Source of the DNA: Octopus vulgaris
Taxonomy: Eukaryota
NCBI GenBank assembly: GCA_951406725.2
Contig: OX597814.1
Location: 187,612,001 to 187,676,000 of the forward strand
Direction: 5' to 3'
DNA: 64,000 nt
Each line of letters opens with the position of its first letter. Within the stretch, counting starts at the first letter, position 1. This document shows positions 1 to 14,257 of the stretch, piece by piece. A program made the translations under genes and the position numbers. A model generated the notes under the pieces. That model worked only from the letters and a program-made list of their open reading frames with translations. It was not told the origin of the DNA and ran no database searches.

Positions 1-1420
1 ACACATGCCAAAAATGCCTTACAGTGAGATTGAAGGTGGGGCTTTGTGATTGCAAAGGAAACTTCTTAACCATTTAGCAGTGTGTGTATGTGTATGTGAT
101 GCAAGGGTGTATGCATATATATATATATATATATGTATGTATACATGCATGTCTGCATATGTATATATTTTGCTTTATATTCATCTATCTATCTATCTAT
201 CTACACACACATACATACAGAGACACACAGATAGACACACATGCACGTATGCATGCATGTATACATACATTTTATGTATAAAAGCCTCTGACTTCTTCTA
301 TCCAAAAGTGTTTTTAACCTAATATTTACCTGTTATTATTTAAAGCTTTATCTACTTCATGTTCTACTGTTAAAAATGAATTTATGTTCTCTTGCAGTTT
401 CTAAATTCTTCCAAAAATTCCAGCCCACTATTTGGAAATTGTTTTAAATCTTGGAAAAAGCAACAATCAAGAAACAATGCAATAATCAAAGAAGTACAAC
501 ACAGATGTAGAAAATCTACATTGCAAAAAGTAATATAAAGACAAATCAGTGAGAATTTAACAGACTGTCAATGAAAATCAAGATTATGAAATATTGGGTT
601 ATCTAAGAACTGCTCGCAGTTTCTCTTTTTAGAATATTTATTTCCTTCCAACAATTTGAAACAGTGTTTATCTTTTTACTATATTTCCTTAGGATTTTAT
701 TTCCAAAAAATGATTTTGAATTATTTATTCACACGCGCACATGTGTGAGTGTGTTTATATGTATATGTTTATATGTATATATATATATACATATGAATAT
801 ATATGTATGTATTATGAAGTAAATTTAATATTAATAATTTTTTTGTATTTGAATTCCTTTTTCATTGTTAATGAAATGTGACATGTTTACATTCAGAATA
901 AAACATTTAAATGATGTATAATTATGTATTTTACTCAGTGGATAAAAAGCATCATGACACAGTTATTAATGATATATTTGGTATAAAGATGAATTTGCAG
1001 ACAATATATTGATTCATGATGTAATTACTTTGTGATGAAATTCAAATTTAATGAAATTACAGGTGATGTATTTAACATGATGTTTTTATCTGTGATGAAT
1101 TTACCTGATAACACTCTAAACATTTCAATGCATATATATGAATATAAGCAAAAAAACAAGGAGTGTAGCATTTAACGAAATAGTGTACACAATTGCATAA
1201 AGAAGTGCCAATCGCTTAAAGTGGATGGAACTTGTGGAACAGGGAGACTCAGAAAGACATGGGACAAAGCATTGAAGGTTAATCTGAAGACAACGAGTCT
1301 CATGAAAGAGATGACAAAGGACTGAGATATCTGTTGCCTTGCTGTATGCAAGGAAACCCATCTGCCACAACAGAACTGATACCAGTACTGATGTTGCATA
1401 AAAATTAAAGTGAATAAGGT

Positions 1421-1787
1421 GCAGACATGGTTATTGCAGTTAAGAAACTCACTTTGCAAACCACATGGTCTCATGTTCAGTCCTACTGCATGGTATGTTT
1501 GGCAAATGTTTTCTACTATAGCCCAGCATCGAACCAATTCTCTCTCTCTCTCTCTCTCCCCCTCTCTCTCTCTCTCTCTGCATCCATTTTTTCTATCATT
1601 GCTTGATAAGATGTTGGTTTATTTACATTCCCATAACATAGTGGTTTGGCAAAAAGGACCAATAGAATAAGTACCAGACTGTGAAAAAAAAATAAGTACT
1701 AAGGTTGATTTGTTTGACTAAGCCTTTCAAGATGACAACCCAGCATGGCTGCAGTCCAATAACTTAAACAAGCAAAAGATAAAAGAC
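1421..1787 (+). mobile_element. tRNA-derived SINE, family A (degenerate, internal (CT)n)
   Basis: Diverged match to the better copies at 13824-14198 and 17469-17874: head ...ccacatggtctcatgttcagtcc..., body gaccaatagaataagtacc, tail cagcatggctgcagtccaataacttaaacaagcaaaagataaaag. Confidence 0.75.
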
Positions 1788-2394
1788 AAAGAAATGTTTT
1801 TTTTTAATAAAAAGAACAGTCAAGAGATGACATAATAAGCTAAAATTCAATAGCTGCATGGAGCCAAGCAAGTTAAATAAATGACCAGTATGTAGCACCA
1901 TCATCAGTGAAGTCAGAATGACGACAACTCAAATTGTCTATTTGACCAAATTTTTGATGTTGTATCACCTTGTTATAAAATATCATACATCAAGCATAAA
2001 CAATAGCCTCACAGCAAAAGCTTCTGTGATGCTTAATAGGTAAGATGTAAATTTGAGTTGCAGCCAACTCCCAACCTCATTAATTATATCTCATAACAAT
2101 TATTCATTAATATAGACATTATTAATAAATGTAAGTGAATAATTGTCATCGCATATAACAGAGTGCACAATCAGAAGAAAAAATACAAAAAAAAAAACTA
2201 GAGGTACATACTATTAATGGGATTTCAAGACAACTCACAACATCTCAATGCAAATGTCAAAGGACAGAATGCACAACAAACTTAGGTTATTCTAAAGATT
2301 TTACATCTTGAAACATGAAAATTAATTTACAATAACCACTTAATGCAATCATAAGTCTGTAGTCTACCCGTGTGTGTGCATGCATGGTATTTAA

Positions 2395-2606
2395 GGCGGC
2401 GAGCTGGCAGAAATGTTAGCACAGTATTTCGTCCGCAACTGCGTTCTGAGTTCAAATTCCGCCGAGGTCGACTTTGCCTTTCATCCTTTCGGGGTCGATT
2501 AAATAAGTACCAGTTACGCACTGGGGCCGATGTAATCGACTTAATCCATTTGTCTGTCCTTGTTTGTCCTCTCTGAGTTTAGCCCCTTGTGGGTAGTAAA
2601 GAAATA
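2395..2606 (+). mobile_element. tRNA-derived SINE, family B
   Basis: ggcggcgagctggcagaa head, B-box-like gagttcaaattcc, central gcctttcatcctttcggggtcga, tail agccccttgtgggtagtaaagaaata; near-identical to 19436-19661 and 46542-46759; ggtattta on both flanks. Confidence 0.9.
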
Positions 2607-2614
2607 GGTATTTA

Positions 2615-3203
2615 GGCAGTGTGTTACATATCCCAGGGCCCCATTAAATTACAGGTATAAACCTGAACTTGTGATCTGTATAGAGTAACTACAGATTTCT
2701 CAACAGTTCAATGTGGGTATTTCTCTTTTTCACTGATCTTCACCTTTATGTTAACATCCGCTAGGCAGTTAATTTCTACAGTTGTGCTCAGTGTCTCTTC
2801 TCTATCCCAAATCATTAATTATATCAGGTCTATTTTGTTTACATATTATTGCAGTCTTCATTGAGACATTCCACCAGTACTCCTTTTTATAATGAGTGAC
2901 TATGGCTTCAACCATATTGTGGGTTCTTATTTCTTTGTGCTCAGGGTTATCCTTCTGACGGATTTCATTATCGAGTATCCTAGCTACATCATGTCTCATC
3001 TGTAGATAATACTATGATGACATTTTCGGACAACTGCCTATGATGTGGGTGATATCTTCAGTGTGAACTCCACAAAGTTTGCATCAGTTGTCACATTTTA
3101 CTGCTTTTCCTGCATTCTATCCCTTCTGTGCATCAGGTACATGGTTGCTATTTCCTGTTCTTGGATTGGAAATGCATACCGTTCAAAGTGGGAGGTAGTA
3201 ATC
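2615..3203 (-). mobile_element. R4/Dong-clade non-LTR retrotransposon fragment (zinc knuckle plus restriction-like endonuclease), pseudogenised
   Basis: Minus-strand translation with stops and frameshifts gives TSHFERYAFPIQEQEIAT, CKLCGVHTEDITHIIGSC (CCHC knuckle), MRHDVAR (ORF 2802..2999), NRPDII..WDREE..VEINCLADVNIK (PD-D/E) and KFRFIPVI-GALGYVT. Confidence 0.85.
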
Positions 3204-4440
3204 TGGTTTCTACAGCTGGATACCCTTCCTAATGCCAACCACTTTACAGAGTGTACCAGATGCTTTTTTTTTTTGCGGCACTAGCAGTAGTGAGACAAGG
3301 CCCCTCAAATAAAGGAGATACATGGCTATCTCTGTAGCAGAGCAGGAGAAGTAGGGTCTCAAAGGTGTGAAGAGAGAGTAGAAGTGGTGAACTCGTGGGG
3401 GGGGGGGAGTTGTTAGGGAGAGATTCAGGGACGATAATGGGGAAGAGATTTGTCATGAACAGGTTATATGCAGGGGCATGGACATAAAGGCATGTCTTTA
3501 TGGCCTTGATTTTACTTAGCTGGATAGGTTTTCTCAAGCACAGCAAATAGCCAGTCATCTCAGTCCTTTGTCATCTCTGTGATGCTCAACATCTTAAGAT
3601 CATTTTTTACTACTTTGTCCCACATCTTTCTGGGTTCCCTTCACATTTAGAGATTAGCACCCTTTTTTTAGGCAGCTGCCCCCATCTATATGCATCCCAT
3701 GACCATACTAGCACAGCCTTCTCTTTTGCACACTGAACCTGATGTCTCTTATACACAATTTTTCTGTCAAGACATTTACACTCTGTTATGCATGCACACT
3801 GATATTGCACATCCAACAGAGCATGCTGACCCCGTTTCTTTCAAGCCTTCATATGCCCTCTGCAATTACAGCCCACATTTCACTACCATGAAGTATAGAC
3901 ATTTGTACACAAGCATTGTACAATCTGCCTTTTGCTCTGAGGTATCAATAAAGGTAATAGATCTCTAAACTTTGCTCAGCTGGTTAGCAACTATGCTTTC
4001 AGAGCATCCTCCTCCACTGCTAATTTGATCACGTAGGTAATGAAAACTATTTACTACTTCAAAGGATCCCACTGGATATTAGAGGAAATCTATTTTCTGT
4101 GAGAAATTAGTGTTTATTGTTCTTGCACATCTGCCATATACAAAGATGTTTTTTTCTGTTAACCTTCTTGTGATTCCACTGAACTTCTTGTGTCCATAAT
4201 GAGTACATATAAAATTTCTACTGATACTCTTTCTATATATCAAGCAAGGCTATTTCTCTGAAGGGATTTGTCTGCTTTCCTGCTTACTAGTACTTTGGTC
4301 TTTTTGATTCTAGGCCTAATTTCCACACCTGAAATTTCTTCTCTAATTCTACTAAAGATTCAGATATAAGAACAAGGTCATAAGCATAGAGAAACTCATA
4401 TGGACAACTAGTTTTAAATTTCTCAGTTATAGCCTGTATA
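3204..4440 (-). mobile_element. RTE-clade LINE, degenerate 3' half with 3' UTR
   Basis: Minus translation LRAKGRLYNACV..LHGSEMWAV..RLERN..MLCWMCNIS and a YA-D remnant near 4380; 3' UTR motif ggtttctacagctggatacccttcctaatgccaacc shared with 58090-58430. Confidence 0.8.
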
Positions 4441-4898
4441 AAAGAAATTGATTTATGCATTGAAAGGTTAGCTGACTAAAATAATATAGTAATTAATAAT
4501 TATACCTATCATATATTCAGTATGCATATACATTTGCTATAGGTAAAAGAAAAAATTGCTCAAATTATGATTCTTGTGACAATGACCACTAAAAATTAGA
4601 GAATATTGCTCTCTTGTATAATATACACAAACTTTTCTTTAGTATGATGTTTGGGGGGAAAAAGAAAGTATTTAGTCAGATTTATTATAATTGCTGTATA
4701 AAACAGTTTGGTAAAGTTGAGATATCCTAAATGAAACCAAAACACTTCAAGTGACCTTTGACCTTTACCAGAGTAGGCTATAAAAGTGCACCTGCTGTAA
4801 AGTCAACATTATAGAAATCACTTTTTTCTTTCTTTTTTTTTTAAGTGCATACTATACTCAAAACACTGGATTATATATTATAGAATATATAACACACA

Positions 4899-4904
<6 letters not shown>

Positions 4905-4993
<89 letters not shown>
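4905..4993. repeat. (CT)n-(CA)n compound microsatellite
   Basis: Directly visible. Confidence 0.95.
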
Positions 4994-4994
<1 letters not shown>

Positions 4995-5304
4995 AGTATC
5001 ATGAGTTTTAAAATTTACAGAATAATAACAAGTGTGCAATATGAATCTGATACTGCTGACTAAAAGTTAAATATTAGAGATTGAAATATCCTGCAGATAA
5101 TCTGAATATACGAACTTGAGCCTAAAGCTTTGAACATTTCAAATTAAGCAAGAAAAGAAAAAGAAAAAAACTATCATGAAAGTTTATTACAAAGTATTCA
5201 AAATGCATTTTTGAGGATAATGCAGTAAAGATGCTTTCTAAAAGAATTGTATTTCTTAAAACTTTAAAAGCACAAGCCAGAGGATTTTTAATCTAATAGT
5301 TTCA

Positions 5305-5307
<3 letters not shown>

Positions 5308-5368
<61 letters not shown>

Positions 5369-5405
5369 TGCGCGTGCATGCATGCATGTGTGTGTGTGTG
5401 TGTGT
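5308..5405. repeat. (TG)n microsatellite
   Basis: Directly visible. Confidence 0.95.
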
Positions 5406-8400
5406 TATGCGGAATGTTCTGTTTTTAGCCACTCAAAAATAGTAGGTTTTTTATTTTTTAAATAACAGCAAACAAATATAAAAATGGTAGAATGTAGAAT
5501 GATGCCTGAGAAGTTACTTTTGAAAATTCACAATGAAACAGCAGAGAGTAATGTCGAAGAAATGAAGTGAATAATTTCCAGTAAGCAAATTCAATCTATG
5601 ATGGATAAAATTTTTTAAGAACTACAAGGAAAAGAAAATACAATTAGATCAGAAACAGATAATAACCATATTTTAATGGTAATGATGCTTATCCACTGTT
5701 GAGATTTATACATTAATACTAATAATGTCTAAGCTTGTTAACATGAAATAAATAATATTTTGAAAACAGAAATATAAAATGAAAGTATGACCCAATAATA
5801 TATTAATTTAATTGATGGTAGCATAGAGAGAGATAACAAAAATAAGATGATATAGTATAATGTGCCTGTTACTGAACAAGACAATTTTACTATAGTGAAT
5901 ATAAATCTCATATTTGCAAGTTGAGATGTAGTGATGTCGACCGAAACTTCCATCACATTAAAATTAATTAAGCAGCTCCAGTTCCTTGGTACGAAAACAG
6001 TGAAAAATAAATCCTAGCTCCTGAGAGAAAAGTTGTCTATCGCAAGTAACAATGGATCTCCAGCAGTTTTGATTATGCGGATTCGGTTGGTTGATCAACC
6101 CAATTACTTTTTCACTGAATTGGCATGAACATAGCTGAGCATACCGCAGACACATGTACTCTTCATGTAATTCTCAGATGAACCAGCATGCTAACAAAGT
6201 TGTACTTTTGATTATGGGTACAAGCTTTCCAATGAGATTATAGGTACAAGCTGTCTAATGAGATTCTGCCTGATTTCACAAGGCTTGGGTTGACCTGAGT
6301 CAATGTAAAAGACACATGCCCAAGAGACCATGGAGTGGAATCAAACCCAGGACTTTGAGATTATGAAGCAAACTTCTTAACCATTCAGTTATGCTGCAAA
6401 CTATAACAAGAAACTGCTAGGTAAACAGATGCAATACATAAAAAAAATATTCTGGTTACAAACATAATGAAATATCTACAATGAATCTGAATACACAAAT
6501 TATGAGCCAGCTGATAGTCCAAACGATATACATTAGATCATTCCACTCCAACATGAATCCCTTTGGAAGTTAATAAAATTAGAATCAAGTTAATTAACAA
6601 GTAACTAATTTCCTATGCTAGGAATACTTTAGTTATCCAACCCCCAAAAATCTATTTGTATCTGACTTTTATTAACATTAGTCCTCACAAAGTATTGCAT
6701 TAGTTTTGTACAATACATGCTGCGTTGTATAATCACTTGTTTATCTATAATTGATGACAAGGATCATACAGTTATTTTTGCTTCTCTTCCTAGGTGAATA
6801 TATTTGTTAATTTAGTAAAATACTGGTTCAAAAAGAGAATTGGGAAGCTCTGGCATTTGTGTTTTTTGCAAGAGCATTAGAGACATGAGAAGATGTTTCA
6901 ACTAGATTGGTTTACAAGCAATGAGAATAATATACAAGATCTACAGGTACCTACTGTCCACAATGATCAGGAATCTTCTCTACTACAGCTTTAAAATAAT
7001 CCAATAAGGACATGATGCAATTAGTTGCTGTTTAGTCCTTGCCAGCCCTGATCAAAGAGACCTATGCCTATGGCATTCCAGACATGATCATCCCGTTTTA
7101 TTTTTAGATATTGTGTAGAAATCAAGAAACTATGACTTGGGAAGGAGCATTATTCTTTTTCTTTCTTTTTTTTTTTAAGATAGTAGTATGTGGTTTGAAG
7201 AAAATGAAGAAAATCTGATTGCTATTATAGCAGGTCAAAACAAGCATAATCAAAGCTCTCTCATTAGTGCAAGATAGAATGAGTTTCAGAGTATTTGAAT
7301 ATAGTACTACAGACTGAGAGGTTCTCTCATCAATTGCAATGTATGAGTATTCTAGTTGTTCAGTCAACAAAACTAACAATTCATTGAGTTGTGATGTTAA
7401 ATGACTGAGTGTTCTACAGATTCCAAATGTAAAAATTTTCAGGTAGAATCAACAGTGTCCTTAAATTACCATTACAATTTGAAAAATTCAGGTAAAAAAA
7501 TGAAAAATAAGGATAACTCAGTAGAGTTTATTGGCAAACAAATAAAGTTTTATTACAAACATCAGAACTCTTCTACATGGGCTCCACTGGATGCATGCAA
7601 CGCATTCAGATGATACAAAAAAGAGTGGAAGTTGAGAAGATAATTTATGAACACCTGTATGATTAAACCAAGCCTTCAATTCCAAGACACAGTCTATCTA
7701 AGAAGTTTCCAAGGGAGTTTCTGCTTAATCTGCATTAGTCTGAAGTCATTTCATAGAAATGACTACAGAACAATGACCCCCATCCCATTATAATTGAACA
7801 ATATAACTGATGATAATAAAACAGAGTGTCACAGTTCCTCTTCTAAAACTTAATTTCTGCTAGATTGGTAAACTGCTTTAAATTATGGAGATGTATGTCA
7901 GAATACAAACTTTTAACCTTTCACACAAAAGTTAATATATTATCTACTGATTCCATGTAATTTCCTGTTAGTTAAACCTCGCAGGGAGATTGCTGAATTA
8001 AATATATTGAGATGGAAATTACCAACGTTACATTTAGCATAAATACAAGTTGAATCAAATATTTACCTAGTATCAATCCAAAATAAATAGTTAAACAAGA
8101 ACAAATTAACTGTCGAAATATTAATGAATATGCAAACAAAGTGCCTTTAAGCTTATTTAAATAATAATTTAATACACACTTCATTATATAAAATCTTTCA
8201 AGAAACAGTATGAATGTGGAAGAAAAACAAAAACATAACTGAATATGAGTTGAATAAAGCTGAAGGGAAAGGCAATTTGAGGAAGCCTTTGATAACAACA
8301 ATTATAACATTGGAGGTAGAGAAGAAGAGGAATAAGAGGGCAATTCAGATGTTTTGCAGATATTATTAAATCTTTATAGATGTGAAAATATTTTTAGCAA

Positions 8401-8580
8401 ATCAGCTAGGATTTACCAACAAAAGATTAAAGCTGGTACAGAAGATTATGTGTTATTACTAATCCATCTTCACCACTTACAAAAATAAACAAGTATAAAA
8501 ATGCAAAAGAAATCTAAGAACCACCCACCTCTGCAAATTAGAGTTATGACGTGAACATGCACACATATGCACACGCACGT

Positions 8581-8581
<1 letters not shown>

Positions 8582-8638
<57 letters not shown>
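8582..8638. repeat. (CA)n microsatellite
   Basis: Directly visible. Confidence 0.95.
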
Positions 8639-8641
<3 letters not shown>

Positions 8642-8959
8642 ATTTCTCAAAAACAATCAGTTCTTCGATCCAGTAGCAAGATGGGCTGAGACAATGGACA
8701 AGTCTGATTTGATGCTGAATAAAGAAGTGGTTTCCTTTTGCTTTTCCCAAACTCACTGCAAAACTTGAACTTAAAACTACATTGCATCCATTGAAAATTA
8801 AATGTCTTGACCATAGGGGTAGCACAATACTAACGACTTGATAGAAATTACCAACCCACTGACTGGTAATCCAATTCATTTTCAATTTGGCCTAGCGTGA
8901 CTCTACAGATAGAGTGCACGTGCACACGCGCGGGCACGCATGGGCATACACGCAAGCAT

Positions 8960-9002
<43 letters not shown>

Positions 9003-9533
9003 TATTAAACAAACATAATATTTTTTCTATCAATTAGCAAAAATAAATTGAAGCAACTTTCCAATTCAAACTTCTAAAATTAGCATTACATTTAATTCAC
9101 AAATAAATAAAAAAAATAAACATCTAATTCGTTTTTCTATATCCTACTAAAGATGCCTCCTCAGATTATTTTTATTGGGTAATTAATAAATTATTGAAAT
9201 TAAGAATAAACATGTCTAATGAAATGGTCAGATTAATCTAGTACAATTTACTAGCTTCAGTGATAACCATCAAGGTTAATAAAGAAGCTTCAGAGATGAG
9301 TGTGTTAAGTTGAGGATTAGAATCTGTAGCTTAATTTCAATTCTCAGAACAGCTTTCTTGGGGAAGGAGTATATTCTTTTGCTCTTTTTACTAATTTCAG
9401 CCACTGGACTACAACCATGCTGAAATACTGCTGTTACTTAAGTCGGGTACGTATTTTATTAAGGTCTGTTTGTCAAACCTCTGGACTATAGGACATAAAT
9501 GAACACATCATAAACACCAGATTTTAGATTGGT

Positions 9534-9535
<2 letters not shown>

Positions 9536-9625
<90 letters not shown>
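9536..9625. repeat. (CA)n microsatellite
   Basis: Directly visible. Confidence 0.95.
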
Positions 9626-9628
<3 letters not shown>

Positions 9629-9766
9629 TTTATTGGAACAATAATTTGCTAGTTTACATTATCTGTTTCGATCAGCTTGATCTATTCAGAACTAATCAGA
9701 TTAACTCTGAAATGATCAAGTTGATTGAAACAGATTTATAGACTTGTAAACTATTCTTTAAATAAA
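9629..9766. repeat. Imperfect palindrome, ~69 bp arms centred at 9698
   Basis: atctgtttcgatcagcttgatc...aatc-a-gatt...gatcaagttgattgaaacagat, extending outward to tttatt/aataaa. Confidence 0.8.
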
Positions 9767-9791
9767 CTAATATATTTAAATCTACTTCTTC

Positions 9792-9856
9792 TGAGAGCAA
9801 GGACATTCACCAAGTAAAGTATTGAGTACTTTACTTGGTGGATGTCCTTGCTCTCA
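9792..9856. repeat. 30 bp near-perfect hairpin with 5 nt loop
   Basis: tgagagcaaggacattcaccaagtaaagta-ttgag-tactttacttggtggatgtccttgctctca; one T/G mismatch. Confidence 0.9.
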
Positions 9857-11535
9857 CAAACAACCAGATACTATTTATATATTAAAGTTTGTATAGCACA
9901 GACATGGCTGTGTTGTTAGGAAGTTTGTTTCACAAATATGTGCTTTCAGTAATTAAAACTTTTAGCTAAAATTTAACAGCAAATAAATTGCACTCAAGTT
10001 ATAAATGAATGCCTGAATCGGAGACTAAAATGCCAACTTTGGCATCAATATCTATGCTACATTGACTTCCCTTAGCTCTTTCATTAATGATGCTTAAATT
10101 AAATCTAATAACAAAAGTTCCCATCCAGTATGCTGCAAAATAACCGTTAACCAGAGAAAACCCTCATTGTAAGAGTTAAATAATAATTATTTTTTTAATC
10201 ATAATACACTGAAAAAATTCAACTTATGTGTTTTTGTTACAAATGTGATGAAGCCTTGTACAAAATATGATGTAACTATCAAAGGTGGATTTAGTTGTAT
10301 ATCCAATTTTAAGAGACAGCAGAACTCATGTTCCTAACACCATTGCTTGATGAAATGGAAAGTATGGCTTCTTCCATAATGCACAATTTTAATTGATACC
10401 CAACTAGTTCTTCATTTTTCTTTTCACATCACTGTCCAACATCTACAGTATTACTGATTCTCTTAACAGTATGATTTACATTAAAACAACTAATCTCTTT
10501 TCCTCTCCTTAAATCCAATTAACTTTTCTCTCTCATCTATCCACCATCTTGAAAGGATATCAGCACCAAAATTCTGCTTTCACTTTTAATTTTTGTCATT
10601 TCCTTATTTTTTAAACCTTTGCTTACTGAAATAATTTTTGTATCTGATTTTCAATATCATTATAATATTCAATTTTTTTCTGAAAGTATAATTTCATTTG
10701 CACTTTGTCAAGGGATTAGGGAGACTTACTCAAAACTGGCAAGACTGTAAAACCCACAAACTATTTATTTACCATTAAGCAAAAAAAAAATTTGTAATAA
10801 AAAAAAAAGTCTAAATAAATTCAAATAATTTATATAAAATCTTGGAATACTGACAAATGCCCAAAAGAAATAATTTTTGCACTTGATTTTGAAAGACAAT
10901 AATGTAAGTCACAAAAAAATATAAGTTTATAAGTAAAGAGAATGCCTGTAATATTTGGTCTGACATTTTGCATTCTAAGTACAAGTCCTGCTGAGATCAA
11001 CTGTATCTTTCATCTTTCTGGGGTCAATAAATAATGTACCAGTCTAGGGCAGCGGAGAGGCAGAAATGTTAGCATCACATGGGACACCCTGCATTATTTC
11101 TTGTGACTTTTTGTTTTCTGAATTCAAATCCTGCAGTGACTTACTTGGGTGGTAGACTTCATTTGTCACTCATTTTAACACTACCACCTGATCCTTAGGT
11201 TCCTTTAGCAGAGTCCATTCCACTGCAAATCTCTAGCTTAAGGACACTGCCATCCATTCTTCCTTCTGAGCTAGCTGTTTTAGAGGTTCTACAAGGGGTG
11301 CTCAACACTACCTCTCCTTCCTTCCTTCCCAAGAGATAAAAACAGCCTAAAGATTTCAACTTAACAGTCCTAATATTTTTGACAAAATGTTAATATATAA
11401 TTTCTATTATTTTGTGTAATGACTGAAACTAAAAATAGTTGAGAAAATGAAGATTAAAAACAGTAATTTCTTAATGAAATTAGTCCCATGTGGGTGTGTG
11501 ATTAAGGAAATTTAAGTAAAACATGCAAGAGAAAT

Positions 11536-11612
<77 letters not shown>

Positions 11613-11636
11613 CTACACACACATACACACATAGAG

Positions 11637-11850
11637 GCTTTAAATTTTTGGCACAAGGCCAGCAGTTTTGGTGGAGGAAGCAAGTTCATTACATCAACCC
11701 CAGTATTCAACTGATACTTATTTTATCAACCCATAAAGGATCAAAAGAAAAGTCAACATCAGAGATGACTTTTGAACTCAGAATATAAAGAAGGTGAAAT
11801 ACCACTAAGCATTTTGCCTGGTGTGATAACAATTCTGCCAGCTTCTCCCC
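11637..11850 (-). mobile_element. SINE family B, alternative-tail subfamily (B2), degenerate
   Basis: Reverse complement of the tail ggccttgtgccaaaaattt plus tttgaactcagaat head remnant; matches 21755-21970. Confidence 0.7.
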
Positions 11851-13643
11851 TCCACACACACTCATCATATCATCAATGACATTAAATGGTGGCAGTGGTG
11901 GTGGTGGTTGTGTGTGTGTGTTAACCACAATTTTCTCAAGTAACTTTAAGCATATTGAAAATATTTTTAAAGTTTTATAAGTTACAGAATTCCTATATGA
12001 ATGCTAATTCCATCTGCAGTTTGATTTGAAATTTGCTTATAGTAAGAGACAGCCAGGAATTCAACAAGCTTATTAAATAGAAAGAATCTTCCAATTCTAA
12101 GGACACTGAAGTATACTACATATCTCAAGATTTGTAAAACAAGTAAGGAACTAGATATGGAAAGGACTTAAGTTCTAGTTGGGTCTAGTTGTAAAATTAA
12201 TTATAAATGAAAATTTTTTACTTTCATTTTTCATAAATAGAAATTATTTATCGAGGTATGTTTAAGTAACTTCACCAAATTTTTTTAATTGACCAACATA
12301 TAAATTAACTACCTTTTTTTTTTTTTTTTTACCCACCTTCAAATTATCCCTCTGTATAATTTTTTAAAAACACATTAGGAGCAGAATTCTAAATAAATGA
12401 AAAGACTGCTAAAAATTTAAATCTCAGTGATAAGGAGCTGTATAATACCTTTGTAGATGGAGAAATTATATGTAGTAGACCCATCTAATTCATGCAAGCA
12501 TAGAAAAGCTGATGTTAAAATCATGATGGTGGTGGTAGTGGTGGTGACAATGATGGCGATGATTCCTCTTGCAGAGAGTGAATAAATATGTAAGTACAGG
12601 AAGACATTATAATGTGAGGTTATCATATTAATGCTTCAGCCATTACCTCAGCTGGATGATTTTACAGCAGTTTAGCAGGCACAAGCTGGCAACAGCTAAT
12701 GTAGTATGAAAAGTTTACTGGAAAATCTATTGGCTCATCTACTGGAGTTCAGTACCTTTTCAATTAAATTATTTTATTAACTCCAATGCAGAAATGGAGA
12801 GATTTCACAAGTTGTCTCTATTTACATATAGAGATTTATTTGTATTTATTTTTATGATCTTCTCCCGAAATAAAACTCTCAAATAAATTTTAATTCAAAT
12901 TCCTCTTTCGCATTTCTTGGGAGTTAAGAACCTTACGAAAAATATGTATGTGCACATGCATGTGTGTGTGTCCGTGTCTAGCCACGAGTCTTTTCAGTGG
13001 AGATAGCAGCTTTCTCCTCCCTTTTCACAATGTATTTCTTTTTTTAAGCTCTCATTTTGGCTTTTAATGTTATAAAAAGTGTGTGTGCATGCACGCACAT
13101 GATGGACCATTCTTTTATGCTATAGAACTTTTTCATAAACCCTCGCTATACACTTCTGCCTAATCCTTGGTCCTATGAATTAAGTAGTAACTGATTACTC
13201 ATATAGCGACTATCTCTCCACAGTCGTTCTCACACCTCTATCTACTTCTTTTTCCCCTGTTTAGAAGAATGACTTTAAAATACAATAAACATACAATAAA
13301 ACTAGTATAGAGTGAGGATGGCTCTTAGATTGGTAGGACAAAACATTCAGCCATACAAATGCAGTCAAATCAAATGAGAAATGATAAAAGAATAAAAACC
13401 CACATAAATAACTATTAACATGGTTAGCATGAATTGTTATTTAGGCTTGGGTTAAGCTTTGACTGAGCAAACATACAGCGAAAGTTATTCCAGCCATGAC
13501 CATCCCATCTTTCATTCAAGCATAATGTATTTAGGATTACTTTATCCAATGTGTCCGCCCCACCTTTTTTTAAAAAAATGATTGGGTTTGATTTAAAAGA
13601 GATTTGGCTTCTATTTCTAGTAGGTTGAGCAACCACCTTCTAC

Positions 13644-14257
13644 CAGTGATTCTCAACTATTTTTCACCTATGAACTCCTTTAATTCCTATTTTACTCTAC
13701 TGGACCTCCATGGCCAACTGATATTTAAATAAAATCCTATTATATTTTTATAAGTGAATATTATTAGGAACTGCATAAAACATTATTGAAATATGTATAT
13801 TGTATAAGTATAAACTTTTTTTTTATCTTTTACTTGTTTCAGTCATTTGACAGTGGCCATGCTGGAGCACCGCCTTTAGTTGAGCAAATCGACCCCAGGA
13901 CTTATTCTTTGTAAGCCTAGTACTTATTCTATCGGTCTCTTTTTGCCGAACCGCTAAGTTACGGGGACGTAAACAGACCACCATTGGTTGTCAAGCGATG
14001 GTGGGGGGGGGGGGCAAACATAGACACACATACATATATATGACAGGCTTCTTTCAGTTTCCGTCTACCAAATCCACTCACAAGGCTTTGGTCGGCCCAA
14101 GGCTATAGTAGAAGACACTTACCCAAGGTGCCACGCAGTGGGACTGAACCCGGAACCAGGTGGTTCGTAAGCAAGCTACTTACCACACAGCCACTCCTAA
14201 CAACAATGTCTTATTTAAACTCCCAAGGGTCATATGGACCCCGACTGAGAACCACTG
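13644..14257. mobile_element. hAT (Charlie-like) MITE containing a SINE insertion
   Basis: TIRs CAGTGATTCTCA...TGAGAACCACTG; right flank atctagag fits the NTCTAGAN Charlie target; left TSD degenerate. Confidence 0.7.
13824..14198 (-). mobile_element. tRNA-derived SINE, family A (young copy)
   Basis: Minus strand: aggagtggctgtgtggtaag (A-box-like), ggttcagtccc (B-box-like), CORE-like ggcaccttgggtaagtgtctt, tail tgactgaaacaagtaaaag. Confidence 0.9.

Noticed and set aside
5925-5960. gtgatg...ccgaaac...catcac mini hairpin as a hammerhead
   Set aside because: No CUGANGA box and no consistent three-stem topology.
6770-6800. Plus-strand polypyrimidine-TAG|GTGAAT
   Set aside because: Weak donor, opposite strand to the strong 22707 site, and no supporting exon; expected by chance.
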